Below are positions 48,512 through 57,212 of a stretch of DNA of 64,000 nucleotides, in pieces. Position 1 is the first letter of the stretch; every line of letters starts with the position of its first letter. The stretch is from positions 32,001 through 96,000 of the IMG/VR virus record IMGVR_UViG_3300027798_000016; one strand, given 5' to 3'. The translations under genes were made by a program, and so were the position numbers. This DNA comes from a virus. The notes below the pieces were generated by a model. The model did no database searches. It had not been told where the DNA came from and saw only the letters and a list, made by a program, of their open reading frames with translations.

Positions 48512-49177
48512 ATGGATGTACGATTACTCAGCTACTCAAATCCAACTAAAGAATTTGCAGATCTTGGCATCACGGATGCACAGGAACTCATTGCGTATTG
48601 CGCCCGTGTGTCCAATCCTGCCAATCAGCTTAACACTGAGACATCAGAAAAGCTTATCAGATACCTTATCAAACACAGCCACTGGAGCCCACTTGAAATG
48701 GTCAGTGCCTGCATTGAAATTACCACAACCCGAGACATTGCAAGACAAATCTTGCGACACAGAAGTTTCTCATTCCAAGAGTTTAGTCAGCGATATGCTG
48801 ACCCTACTAAAGACCTGTCGTTTGTTACAAGAGAAGCTAGACTGCAAGACCCCAAGAACAGACAGAACAGCGTCGAAGTTGATGATACATTGTTACAAAA
48901 TGAATGGTATAGAGCTCAACAACGAGTTATTTACGCCGCCAAGCGAGAATACGAATGGGCCATTGCCAATGGCATTGCCAAAGAACAAGCCCGAGCAGTT
49001 TTACCTGAGGGCTTGACTGTTAGTCGTTTGTATATGAACGGAACATTGCGTTCATGGATTCACTTTATTGAACTGCGCTCTGCAAATGGCACACAGAAGG
49101 AGCATCAGGAAGTGGCACGGGCCTGTGCTGAAGTAATTGCTAAAATCTTCCCAATGGCCTCCGACTTAGTCGTCTAA
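48512..49177 (+). CDS. thyX: Flavin-dependent thymidylate synthase
   Basis: HWSPLE, RQILRHRSFSFQEFSQRY and AKEQARAVLP; AAGGA Shine-Dalgarno. Confidence 0.96.
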   Translation: MDVRLLSYSNPTKEFADLGITDAQELIAYCARVSNPANQLNTETSEKLIRYLIKHSHWSPLEMVSACIEITTTRDIARQILRHRSFSFQEFSQRYADPTKDLSFVTREARLQDPKNRQNSVEVDDTLLQNEWYRAQQRVIYAAKREYEWAIANGIAKEQARAVLPEGLTVSRLYMNGTLRSWIHFIELRSANGTQKEHQEVARACAEVIAKIFPMASDLVV

Positions 49178-50242
49178 TTCCTTTGTGGCAGTGAATGAAC
49201 CATCTTCATTCTGCCACAAAAATCCCCAAGCATTGTTATAACGAGTGATACTTGGCAAGCTTGGCCACTTGGTTTTGTATGTTTGATATTCAGCATTAGC
49301 CCAGATATCATTGATCAAAGCCTTGGCCGGAAGCTTATAAGAATTCCACTTGCCACCCACCTTCTGTTCACTTGTGTATAGTGCCCATTGCTGATAAGAT
49401 TGACTGTCAAAAAAGTTAATGATATTGCCAGCAATATATTCTGCATCGCTTGCAGTTGGTGCATGCATTGCCATGCGATACTTGACAGCTTGCCACTTCA
49501 TTGTATAGTTTAACCACCACAGAAAATCATGGTTACTACGAATATCAGTTGGTGAAGCATTGACCAAGTCATATAGCATTTGTTCTCGTTGATCTCTGTA
49601 TAGATTAACTTTATTCAGCAACCAATTTAAACTGCCCTTTTCACCATCCCATGGTTCGTGGATTGCATTGTAGTTTAATGTGTTATCCATGTAACTTTTT
49701 AGTGCCAGACTACCAAACAAGTTATCGGCACATTCACCGGTGATGCAAACATTTGTTGGATTGGTGATAATTCCATAGTAATTGTTACTGGGCAGTAGCT
49801 TTGTACCAAATTTTGGCAATATAATCTCATCAAAGAATTTTGGATTTTCAAGTTGGCTATCTTCATTGATTGCTAACCAAACTTTCTCCTTAAGAGAATT
49901 CCAGTCTGGATGACTGATCAACAAAGATACAATTAATGTAGAGTCAATGCCACCAGAGTAAAAAACAACAATCTTCTCTGCATTACGCTCATTTGCAATT
50001 GCAATACATTCGTCAATTCTGCTGTAGCTGGCAGATGAGAACGATGGAACTACTGATGGTAAACTTGGAATAGGACTATTGTTAAAAATTTCTACGCCGG
50101 GGATTTGAATAGTATTTGTTCTGTCGCTCAGACTAATCCAAGGGTTGAACATTTTAATAAATTCTTTTGTAACTGGGTTTACATCGTGCATTGAATTGGC
50201 ACGATAAATTCTGTGTGGAATATAGTATAGTAATTTTTTCAT
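49166..50242 (-). CDS. Asparagine-synthetase-like PP-loop ATP pyrophosphatase
   Basis: VFYSGGIDST and ITGECADNLFG (Asn synthetase SGEGADELFG-like); no glutaminase domain. Confidence 0.75.
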   Translation of the reverse strand: MKKLLYYIPHRIYRANSMHDVNPVTKEFIKMFNPWISLSDRTNTIQIPGVEIFNNSPIPSLPSVVPSFSSASYSRIDECIAIANERNAEKIVVFYSGGIDSTLIVSLLISHPDWNSLKEKVWLAINEDSQLENPKFFDEIILPKFGTKLLPSNNYYGIITNPTNVCITGECADNLFGSLALKSYMDNTLNYNAIHEPWDGEKGSLNWLLNKVNLYRDQREQMLYDLVNASPTDIRSNHDFLWWLNYTMKWQAVKYRMAMHAPTASDAEYIAGNIINFFDSQSYQQWALYTSEQKVGGKWNSYKLPAKALINDIWANAEYQTYKTKWPSLPSITRYNNAWGFLWQNEDGSFTATKELDD

Positions 50243-50243
50243 G

Positions 50244-50864
50244 TTACATCATCATTGATAAAAAGGAATCTTCTTCCATATTGGCTCTAACTCGTGCTAG
50301 ATCAAATTTAGTTGAGGCCTGACGTATTGAAATTTGATGTCGCATGCGTAGCCGCTCAAGTTTCCGTATTAGAAATTTTCTGTTCTGATACTTGTTCACA
50401 ACCAAGCCAGCGACAACAGTTGTAGCAAGACCAGATTCTTCGGCGTAGTCTTCTATCATGCCAATGTTTTCAGTTTTACCATTGACAACTTCTACAGCTT
50501 GTCGATACTTTTCTTCGTATGCATCTTGTTGCCATTCAACCACAGGGCTAAACCTTTTAAACCCATGTGCCAATCTTTGATAAAGTTCAGCAGTTAATCC
50601 TACCCTGGCTTGCAGTACAGCACTCAATGCTATCACTTCATTGTCTCTATTAAATGATTCACAGGTGGTGTTTCTAGGACCATCAAATTTTAATTTGAAA
50701 TTTAAATTGCCATTGGCAAACTGATTAACAAACTGATCATCAACTCCGTAGATTCTGCAAATTGCTCGGAATTCTCCCGAGCATCCACTTTCTAAAATTG
50801 ATAAGTCATTGGACCAAGCAAGAATGTCATTCTCGGCGGTACATGCAAGTGCAACCCAACGCAT
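50244..50864 (-). CDS. Hypothetical protein with tail-fibre-assembly-like helical C-terminus
   Basis: Q.DAYEEKYRQA...YAEESGL...VAGLVVNK pattern; AGGAG Shine-Dalgarno. Confidence 0.45.
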   Translation of the reverse strand: MRWVALACTAENDILAWSNDLSILESGCSGEFRAICRIYGVDDQFVNQFANGNLNFKLKFDGPRNTTCESFNRDNEVIALSAVLQARVGLTAELYQRLAHGFKRFSPVVEWQQDAYEEKYRQAVEVVNGKTENIGMIEDYAEESGLATTVVAGLVVNKYQNRKFLIRKLERLRMRHQISIRQASTKFDLARVRANMEEDSFLSMMM

Positions 50865-50910
50865 AGCTATCTCCTAATATAATTTATGTATGCCAATAAT
50901 CCGCTGTGGA

Positions 50911-51441
50911 TTACCCAATGAGGATGTCTTCAGTAAAGCGAACGCTCAACATCAATCTTGGTAGGTCACATTGATTTTCAATGTGGTGTGGAATGTTTAT
51001 TTTAACAATGGACGGCCGACTGATAATTTTTTCAACTGCAACCTTAGGTTCAGTGGTCCAGTTAATTTTTAGATACTTGATAGAGTTATGTGGGCTTTCG
51101 GTGAGATAAAACTCTCCACTGTACCATTTCATTAGCCCAGTTTCACAATTTAGTATTGGCAAGTTAAGTGCGGTATTGCTGGCATTTGCACGATCAATTT
51201 GAAATCCGTCAATGTGCATATCTTGTACAAATCTAGGCTCATTGATAAACATGATTGCTGTTTTAACTTTGACATCAATGCCCAATACTTCCTTGATATC
51301 TTTCTTCAACAGCAATCCAATGTACAGCAATTGCTCGCCTTGAAAAGTTTGACTTAGCGTGAATTTACCGGTCCACCGTTCCAGGCAAAATTTCTGAATT
51401 TTCTCCCAACTTGGAAGATTGATCTCTTTATAATATTCCAT
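50911..51441 (-). CDS. Cupin/Fe(II) oxygenase-like protein
   Basis: MHIDG (HxD), ALNLPI and IPHHIEN...RLMLSVRF; TAAGTA-N5-ATG start. Confidence 0.6.
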   Translation of the reverse strand: MEYYKEINLPSWEKIQKFCLERWTGKFTLSQTFQGEQLLYIGLLLKKDIKEVLGIDVKVKTAIMFINEPRFVQDMHIDGFQIDRANASNTALNLPILNCETGLMKWYSGEFYLTESPHNSIKYLKINWTTEPKVAVEKIISRPSIVKINIPHHIENQCDLPRLMLSVRFTEDILIG

Positions 51442-51491
51442 TAGAGTACTTATTGGCGCATGGCCATATCAGTTTTTCTAATAAGTAAAGT

Positions 51492-51944
51492 ATGGAATAC
51501 ATTTTTTCTTTCTTGGCTTGGACCCTATACCTGTATGTAATACATCGTACTATACATTCAATAGGATTGAAATTTGCACCACTTGCATTTACAGCACATG
51601 CAGATCACCATCGTTACATCAATACAAACAAACAAACAACATGGCATTGGAACAATTTATTCTTGTTCAATGATACATGGATGAGCACACTGGATTTGTG
51701 GATAACTGAGGTAATACCAACCTTGATCTTTTCTTGGGTAACTGGTTACTGGTGGCTAAGTGTGTTTTATTACTTGTGGGCCGCGCTGATACAAGAAGTC
51801 ATTGAGCACAATAAAGATTTTGATTGGCACCCATTTTTAACCAGTGGAAAATGGCATCTGATTCATCATCGAGATACCAGTTCCAACTACGGATTGTTTT
51901 TACCAATTTGGGACTTGCTGTTCAAGTCGCATAAACAAGTTTAA
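51492..51944 (+). CDS. Fatty acid hydroxylase / sterol desaturase family protein
   Basis: His boxes HRTIH, HADHH, EH and HLIHH followed by NYG...WDLLF. Confidence 0.85.
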   Translation: MEYIFSFLAWTLYLYVIHRTIHSIGLKFAPLAFTAHADHHRYINTNKQTTWHWNNLFLFNDTWMSTLDLWITEVIPTLIFSWVTGYWWLSVFYYLWAALIQEVIEHNKDFDWHPFLTSGKWHLIHHRDTSSNYGLFLPIWDLLFKSHKQV

Positions 51945-52645
51945 TTGGCAATATTTAAACTGTATTGCTTTGCATTGCCGTGCTTCTCAACCCAATCGTA
52001 GAATTTAAAGTGCGCTTTCTTTGGATTTTCTTTTTCTAATTTTATCACATCTGGCCAAATATCAAGGAATCGTTTGGCAACTTTTATTTCTAAAAATGCA
52101 CGGTCTGGCAATGATGGCTTTAGTGTAACTAGGTCATTGGTTATAAAAACTCTACTTGGTCCGTTGATAATACCAGCGTCGTCTACGGTTTGAAAGGCTG
52201 TTTCAACATTATTTTTAAACTCCGCAGAGTCTTGATCTTCTTGAAATCTAAAAATCTGTTCTCTTTTAATCATAACACTACAAAGTACATGACGACCTTT
52301 GTATGATAACAGATCAAGCATGTATGTACCAACTTGAATTTTTGGATCTACATGCAGACGCTGTCGATTGAGCAGTAGTTCTTTTGAATTGGACAATGTA
52401 ACTTGGCCAGCAATTGAATCTAGAAAATCCTGTCCAGGTCGATTCCACGAAATAGCAGATGTAATTTGTAAAGTCTTATCCCATACAGATGTTTCTAAGT
52501 CAATGACTTTAATTAAATTACGATCTAACATTTCAGCATTAAAGCGATCATGTGTGACTACTACTACCAAATCAACATCTTTCTCTAAGAGAGCAAAAAT
52601 GTAATTCATTGCGGTATCAGGAGGGTTTACTAAAAGTAGATCCAT
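51941..52645 (-). CDS. Divergent ATP-grasp-like protein
   Basis: GTYMLDLLSYKGRH and DDAGIINGPSRV resemble ATP-grasp C-terminal motifs, but the catalytic ExNxR is not evident. Confidence 0.35.
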   Translation of the reverse strand: MDLLLVNPPDTAMNYIFALLEKDVDLVVVVTHDRFNAEMLDRNLIKVIDLETSVWDKTLQITSAISWNRPGQDFLDSIAGQVTLSNSKELLLNRQRLHVDPKIQVGTYMLDLLSYKGRHVLCSVMIKREQIFRFQEDQDSAEFKNNVETAFQTVDDAGIINGPSRVFITNDLVTLKPSLPDRAFLEIKVAKRFLDIWPDVIKLEKENPKKAHFKFYDWVEKHGNAKQYSLNIAN

Positions 52646-52647
52646 AA

Positions 52648-52947
52648 TTATCTCTCAAAATGTGTTGCTAGCAATGCACCAACAAAACGAGTTACCCTAG
52701 ATTTGATTAACTCACTGTTCATCATCACTTCAAAATCAACAATACGATCTAGGTACTGTTCAAGTTGTTTTATTGCTAAAACTTCTTTGCTGGTTTTGAT
52801 ATCGGTTAAATCTTCTTTCTTAAAAACAATTTCTGTACCATCATTGAGATAAACTTTAATCCAATCTATGTATTCAACAGGAACTTCTTCAACGCGAATA
52901 TCTTTAAGCATGTTCTCAAAACTTCTGTCCTTCTTTCGAATACTCAT
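52648..52947 (-). CDS. Hypothetical protein
   Basis: GGAG Shine-Dalgarno, 99 aa. Confidence 0.7.
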   Translation of the reverse strand: MSIRKKDRSFENMLKDIRVEEVPVEYIDWIKVYLNDGTEIVFKKEDLTDIKTSKEVLAIKQLEQYLDRIVDFEVMMNSELIKSRVTRFVGALLATHFER

Positions 52948-52990
52948 TATCTACTCCAAAAAGATTTAATACGATCAATCATTCGTGTAT

Positions 52991-53584
52991 TTAAACCACT
53001 TGTACTTTTGCTGGCCGCCCTCGGCTTCGCTTTACCTCTTCTACGGCCACTTGTCCTTTTGGGTCAAGTTTCTCTGCCTCCTCTAAGAGCTTGCGAGCTT
53101 CAGCTTGGAATGTCATAGCTTGCGAACGAAACTTTGATGCAAGTGCCGCATCGTCGAGCACACCGGGTGGTGATGCAGTTGATGTGTTGGCAATGTCTGA
53201 TGATCTGGTGCCTGCCGCGGCGCTATTGTTTGCAATGCCCTTTAGTTGTTTGTTTAATTCAACCAAGTTAATTTCAACGCCAGGTGAAGGAATCATCAAA
53301 ATACTTTTTGTAGGAACTTTGATCATCCAGCCTTTTTGATGTACGGTATTCAACATGTTAGTACCATCATGAAATGATTGTCGAAACAAAAATTCACTTG
53401 GGTCCATTGAACTTTGGCAAGGATTACTTTCAATTGCTTTTATTAAATCATCATGATGATTTGTTGGCAATGATTCTGTTAGGATTACCAATGCCGACTC
53501 AGGCTCGCCTGGTACCTCTCTAAAAACAACAACTACTTTTTTGCCGTTAATGTTAACACCGACGTGTTTGATAAATTGTGCCAT
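52991..53584 (-). CDS. Hypothetical protein with C-terminal AT-hook-like KRSRGRPAK
   Basis: AAGGA Shine-Dalgarno; RGRP motif. Confidence 0.7.
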   Translation of the reverse strand: MAQFIKHVGVNINGKKVVVVFREVPGEPESALVILTESLPTNHHDDLIKAIESNPCQSSMDPSEFLFRQSFHDGTNMLNTVHQKGWMIKVPTKSILMIPSPGVEINLVELNKQLKGIANNSAAAGTRSSDIANTSTASPPGVLDDAALASKFRSQAMTFQAEARKLLEEAEKLDPKGQVAVEEVKRSRGRPAKVQVV

Positions 53585-53599
53585 TGGTAATGTCCTTAA

Positions 53600-53893
53600 T
53601 TATTCAGCTGAAGTAGCAGTTTCGGTAACTTCTACGCCAGTGGGTGCGCCTTCGGTTGAAGCTGGTGCTTCTTCTTTTGGTGCATTGGCTTCTAAAAACT
53701 TGGCCAATTTATTATAGGTTGCACCAATGACTTCCATCTCTGGTGCGCGATATGCTCCACGCTGTGCGCCTAGTTCAATTGAACCAGCAAGCACTCTTAA
53801 ATCTTGTAATGTTAACCCTACCACTGCGGCTGGTGCCTCAGTTGCCGGTGCTTCAGTTACTGGCGCTTCATTTACTACTGTATCTTGTTCCAT
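53600..53893 (-). CDS. Hypothetical protein
   Basis: AGGAG Shine-Dalgarno; late-type TATAAGTA upstream at 53932-53939. Confidence 0.75.
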   Translation of the reverse strand: MEQDTVVNEAPVTEAPATEAPAAVVGLTLQDLRVLAGSIELGAQRGAYRAPEMEVIGATYNKLAKFLEANAPKEEAPASTEGAPTGVEVTETATSAE

Positions 53894-53964
53894 TTAAAAT
53901 CTCCTAGGTTAGAACGGAATTTGTCCTTAGATACTTATAGCATTAAAGAACCGGATGTTAGACC

Positions 53965-53991
53965 AAAAAAAAACGCACCGTAGTGCGTTTT
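53965..53991 (-). terminator. Rho-independent terminator after the VWA gene
   Basis: AAAACGCAC-cgta-GTGCGTTTT stem; the A9 run gives a U-tail on the minus strand. Confidence 0.8.
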
Positions 53992-54006
53992 AAGAAGTGT
54001 GTAAAA

Positions 54007-55227
54007 TTAATTCCGTTTTCTTGATGGTGGAACATAGTTGGCAGTAATGCCAAACGGTGCAGTTATTTCATTGCTTCCGTGTACCACAAACAGCGTGTCG
54101 CAGTAGTCTGGATCGCCCCAAGTACCAAACGGATAGCCGTCTGTAAAGAATACCAACTGGTGCGGCAGAACTTCGTTGTCTTTCATCCATTGCCATACAC
54201 AAGCAAAGTCTGTACCGCCACCACCGGCAACTTGATACTCGCCCATGTTTCGGCCATCGTCACCGGTAAATGTATCTTCGTTATAGACGTCAGTGTCAAA
54301 TGTAATGACACGAACTTTATACGAAGTAAACTGATCCAACGAGCCCTGTACCATACCTAGAAAGTCCATCAACATACCTTCATCAATGGAACCGGATGCA
54401 TCTAATGCCACTACAATGTCAAGCTCTTCACCAGGCAATTGTCCAGGAAGTACTGCACCAGTATGCCAGCCCTTGCGGTTTGGACGCATCCATGTGTAAT
54501 CGCTTTTTACTGATCCACTGAATTGAATACGCAACAGATCTTTAAGATCCATCACAGGAGCAGTGACATCTCTAACCAAACGCTGTATTGCGGCAGGAGT
54601 ATTGCCTGCGCCAGCCTGCTTGGCGGCCTGTATTACAGCCTCACGCCACTCATCTCGCAAGGCTTTCTTCTCTTCTTCTGACAGCTTCTTGAACTTGGGC
54701 TTGCCTTTGCCATCTTTGTTGCCGGACTTGCCTTCGCCGTCGCCATCTTCTCCGTCTTCGCCGTCACCTTCCATGTCCAGGTGATCATCCAAGGTAACTT
54801 GAATTTTCACTGCATTTTCAAACAAGTCGTCATAGACTTCGTCAGCAGTCTTGCCTTCATACTTGCGGTCTGCCAAGATTGGTACTGTGGTAATTGGAGT
54901 GCCAACACTTTCGCGGATTAACATGTTGTTGATAACATAGTCACCTGCCATGTTCCAAATTTGTGGCTGACGATCTCCACGGCGTGTCATGTGCTCAAAT
55001 ATAATGTGTCCAAGTTCATGACCAAAGCCAAAAATCATTTCACCATCACTGAGCTTGTCAACGAATGCTTTATTGTAGTAAAATTTACGACCATCTGTCG
55101 CAATGGTATTGCACCATTCAACTTCTTCAAGTTTAAGGCGTGCCGCAAGTGGACCCCAGAAGGGATACTTTAACAGCATAGCAACACGGCTTTTAATTAG
55201 TTTGTCTCTGGCAATCATCTTTGACAT
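54007..55227 (-). CDS. DUF2201-type metallopeptidase + VWA domain protein
   Basis: TIATDG, HELGH (HExxH), MIDAS DASGS, GGGTDF and FTDGY. Confidence 0.9.
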   Translation of the reverse strand: MSKMIARDKLIKSRVAMLLKYPFWGPLAARLKLEEVEWCNTIATDGRKFYYNKAFVDKLSDGEMIFGFGHELGHIIFEHMTRRGDRQPQIWNMAGDYVINNMLIRESVGTPITTVPILADRKYEGKTADEVYDDLFENAVKIQVTLDDHLDMEGDGEDGEDGDGEGKSGNKDGKGKPKFKKLSEEEKKALRDEWREAVIQAAKQAGAGNTPAAIQRLVRDVTAPVMDLKDLLRIQFSGSVKSDYTWMRPNRKGWHTGAVLPGQLPGEELDIVVALDASGSIDEGMLMDFLGMVQGSLDQFTSYKVRVITFDTDVYNEDTFTGDDGRNMGEYQVAGGGGTDFACVWQWMKDNEVLPHQLVFFTDGYPFGTWGDPDYCDTLFVVHGSNEITAPFGITANYVPPSRKRN

Positions 55228-55260
55228 TTTGGTGGCTCCAACTTGTTTGTATATGTATGT

Positions 55261-55289
55261 ATTATACTATGTATCTCAATCGCGGTCAA
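55261..55289 (-). promoter_or_regulatory. sigma70-type promoter
   Basis: TTGACC-N17-TATAAT with an upstream A-tract. Confidence 0.85.
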
Positions 55290-55560
55290 CCGTTTTTTCT
55301 ACTTTATTTTGTGGTCCTGACAAGTCCCAAATCATTGCTATTTGTGGATCTCTAAACCAGACATTTTGTTTGGGAATAAAGTCCCAATCCAACCGCTTTA
55401 ATCCTTGTTCTCTGGCCCATCTGGTAACTTCATTAATTGTGGCATTGGTTGGGTAAGATCGGACGGACCAGCTCTTCCTTTGTTCGCGGAGCCACTCGCT
55501 AACATCAGATGGGGTAGGGGGCTGGTCCATCCAAACTTGTTGGGCTTCTGAGCCGTACAT
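55276..55560 (-). CDS. Hypothetical Trp-rich protein
   Basis: ORF between the ATPase and VWA genes; start placed at MYGSE. Confidence 0.55.
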   Translation of the reverse strand: MYGSEAQQVWMDQPPTPSDVSEWLREQRKSWSVRSYPTNATINEVTRWAREQGLKRLDWDFIPKQNVWFRDPQIAMIWDLSGPQNKVEKTVDRD

Positions 55561-55591
55561 TATTTCAAGTACGGCCCAGTTCCTTTGTCTC

Positions 55592-56689
55592 TTACTCGTC
55601 GGTGAGTAAGTTGGCATAGCGTGTGAAGAACTGAGGAAAGTTCGTCATCTTTTTACGATCGAACACCACCTTGTAAGACTTCAATACAGTATGAGCACCC
55701 ATGATAACCATCTCAGGTTCAAAGTTCGCCATCATAAAACCCAGCCAGTTGTCTGCACTCTTGTTGAACTCGTCCAACTTGCCGGCTCGCTTGCCAGATT
55801 CATATCTGGTACGAAGTTCATAGCTCAAGCTGGTGACCATTGCATAAGCGGCACTTACTTCTTTGCTCTTAAAAGTGGTAACTTTACCTGACAGCACATC
55901 TTCTGGCGCAGGCAAGTCTGCGGCATGTTTACGATGGCTCATAAACTTAATTGCCATACCCTCACCAACCAAGCCTGACACCATGTCTGTGTTGGCGCTG
56001 TCTGGCATGTCGTCATCAATCATGTCGCTTACAAAACTCCATGTACGAGGAGTAGCAAAGGCACGGTCGTGTTGTGTAGGATCAAAGTTGTACAGGTCGC
56101 CTTTGAACTGCTTCAAGAAGCCAACCACATGCGGATGGACTTGGTGCATGATGGCCCATTGTTCCCAGTCTTCAAAGTCCACACGGATTTCCAAGTGCAT
56201 GAAGCGGTTGGCCAGTGGGCTAGGCATACGATAGGTAACACCCTTATCGCCCATACGGTTGCCCGCGGCAATCAGTACAACATTGTCTGGTAATTTGTAT
56301 TGTCCAACCTTGCGGTTAAGGATAAGCTGGTAGGCCGCGGCCTGTACAGCAGGAGGAGCAGAGTTAAGCTCGTCTAAGAACAAGAATACAATGTCGTATT
56401 CTTTTGCAAATTCCTCGGTAGGCAATTCTGAAGGGGTAGCCCACTTCATAGTATTGTCACCTGCACTATAATAAGGGACACCCTTAATATCTGTAGGATC
56501 CATCAGAGCCATACGCAAGTCCACGACTGCGGAGTTGGGCCATTCTGCGGCAACTTGGTTGACCATGTCGCTTTTGCCGACTCCGGGAGGACCCCAGACA
56601 AAGACTGGGCGACGCTTTTGTACTGCTCGGCGCAGGATAGGTTTGCACTCGCTAATCTTAACGGTGCGGGTTTCTACTTGATTTCCCAT
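55592..56689 (-). CDS. MoxR-like AAA+ ATPase
   Basis: Walker A GPPGVGKS, Walker B LFLDELN, AAGN, LANRF and TPRTW. Confidence 0.92.
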   Translation of the reverse strand: MGNQVETRTVKISECKPILRRAVQKRRPVFVWGPPGVGKSDMVNQVAAEWPNSAVVDLRMALMDPTDIKGVPYYSAGDNTMKWATPSELPTEEFAKEYDIVFLFLDELNSAPPAVQAAAYQLILNRKVGQYKLPDNVVLIAAGNRMGDKGVTYRMPSPLANRFMHLEIRVDFEDWEQWAIMHQVHPHVVGFLKQFKGDLYNFDPTQHDRAFATPRTWSFVSDMIDDDMPDSANTDMVSGLVGEGMAIKFMSHRKHAADLPAPEDVLSGKVTTFKSKEVSAAYAMVTSLSYELRTRYESGKRAGKLDEFNKSADNWLGFMMANFEPEMVIMGAHTVLKSYKVVFDRKKMTNFPQFFTRYANLLTDE

Positions 56690-56725
56690 TTGGTGGCTCC
56701 TACTAGGGTTGTTTATGATACATGT

Positions 56726-56754
56726 AGTATAACAAAACTAGAGATTGTTGTCAA
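56726..56754 (-). promoter_or_regulatory. sigma70-type promoter
   Basis: TTGACA-N17-TATACT. Confidence 0.85.
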
Positions 56755-56771
56755 CCCCTAGTTTGCTATAA

Positions 56772-57128
56772 TTAGGCACTTGCCACAGATTCTGTAGCAG
56801 GGGCAACTTGTGCAACAAACTCAGAAGCATCAATAGCTTCTTTTGTCATTGCAAAGGGCAACTCGACAAACTTGACATCTGTGCAACCTGCACGGACCAG
56901 GGTACGAGTACGGCGCTTGTCGTTGGTGTAACGAACTGCACCTTTACCATTTTTGCTGACAGCATACCCAACATGGGTAAAAGTCTCGCCATTGGTAACT
57001 GCTTCAATTGCGGCAGTGACAACAGCAGGCGCAACTGGTGCAACAACAGCAGATGCCATAACTTTGGCACGGGCACGAGCTTCACGCTTGCGGATTGCAG
57101 TAGGGGTCTGCGAAAGAACTTTAGACAT
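56772..57128 (-). CDS. Hypothetical early protein with basic N-terminus
   Basis: AGGAG Shine-Dalgarno before MSKVL; has its own promoter. Confidence 0.75.
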   Translation of the reverse strand: MSKVLSQTPTAIRKREARARAKVMASAVVAPVAPAVVTAAIEAVTNGETFTHVGYAVSKNGKGAVRYTNDKRRTRTLVRAGCTDVKFVELPFAMTKEAIDASEFVAQVAPATESVASA

Positions 57129-57183
57129 AAAAATACTCCTGTGTGTGTTTAAAAACATTGCAGAACCGTTCCGCAATATGTAT

Positions 57184-57212
57184 ACTATACTACAGACCCA
57201 GATCCTTGTCAA
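57184..57212 (-). promoter_or_regulatory. sigma70-type promoter
   Basis: AAAAACAGG-TTGACA-N17-TATAGT. Confidence 0.8.

Noticed and set aside
48516-49016. 166-aa ORF overlapping thyX in another frame
   Set aside because: No Shine-Dalgarno of its own and no recognisable motif; thyX explains the region.
44873-52645. Canonical lasso-peptide or graspetide RiPP cluster
   Set aside because: No precursor peptide, B1/B2 proteins or transporter seen, and the ATP-grasp-like ORF seems to lack catalytic residues.
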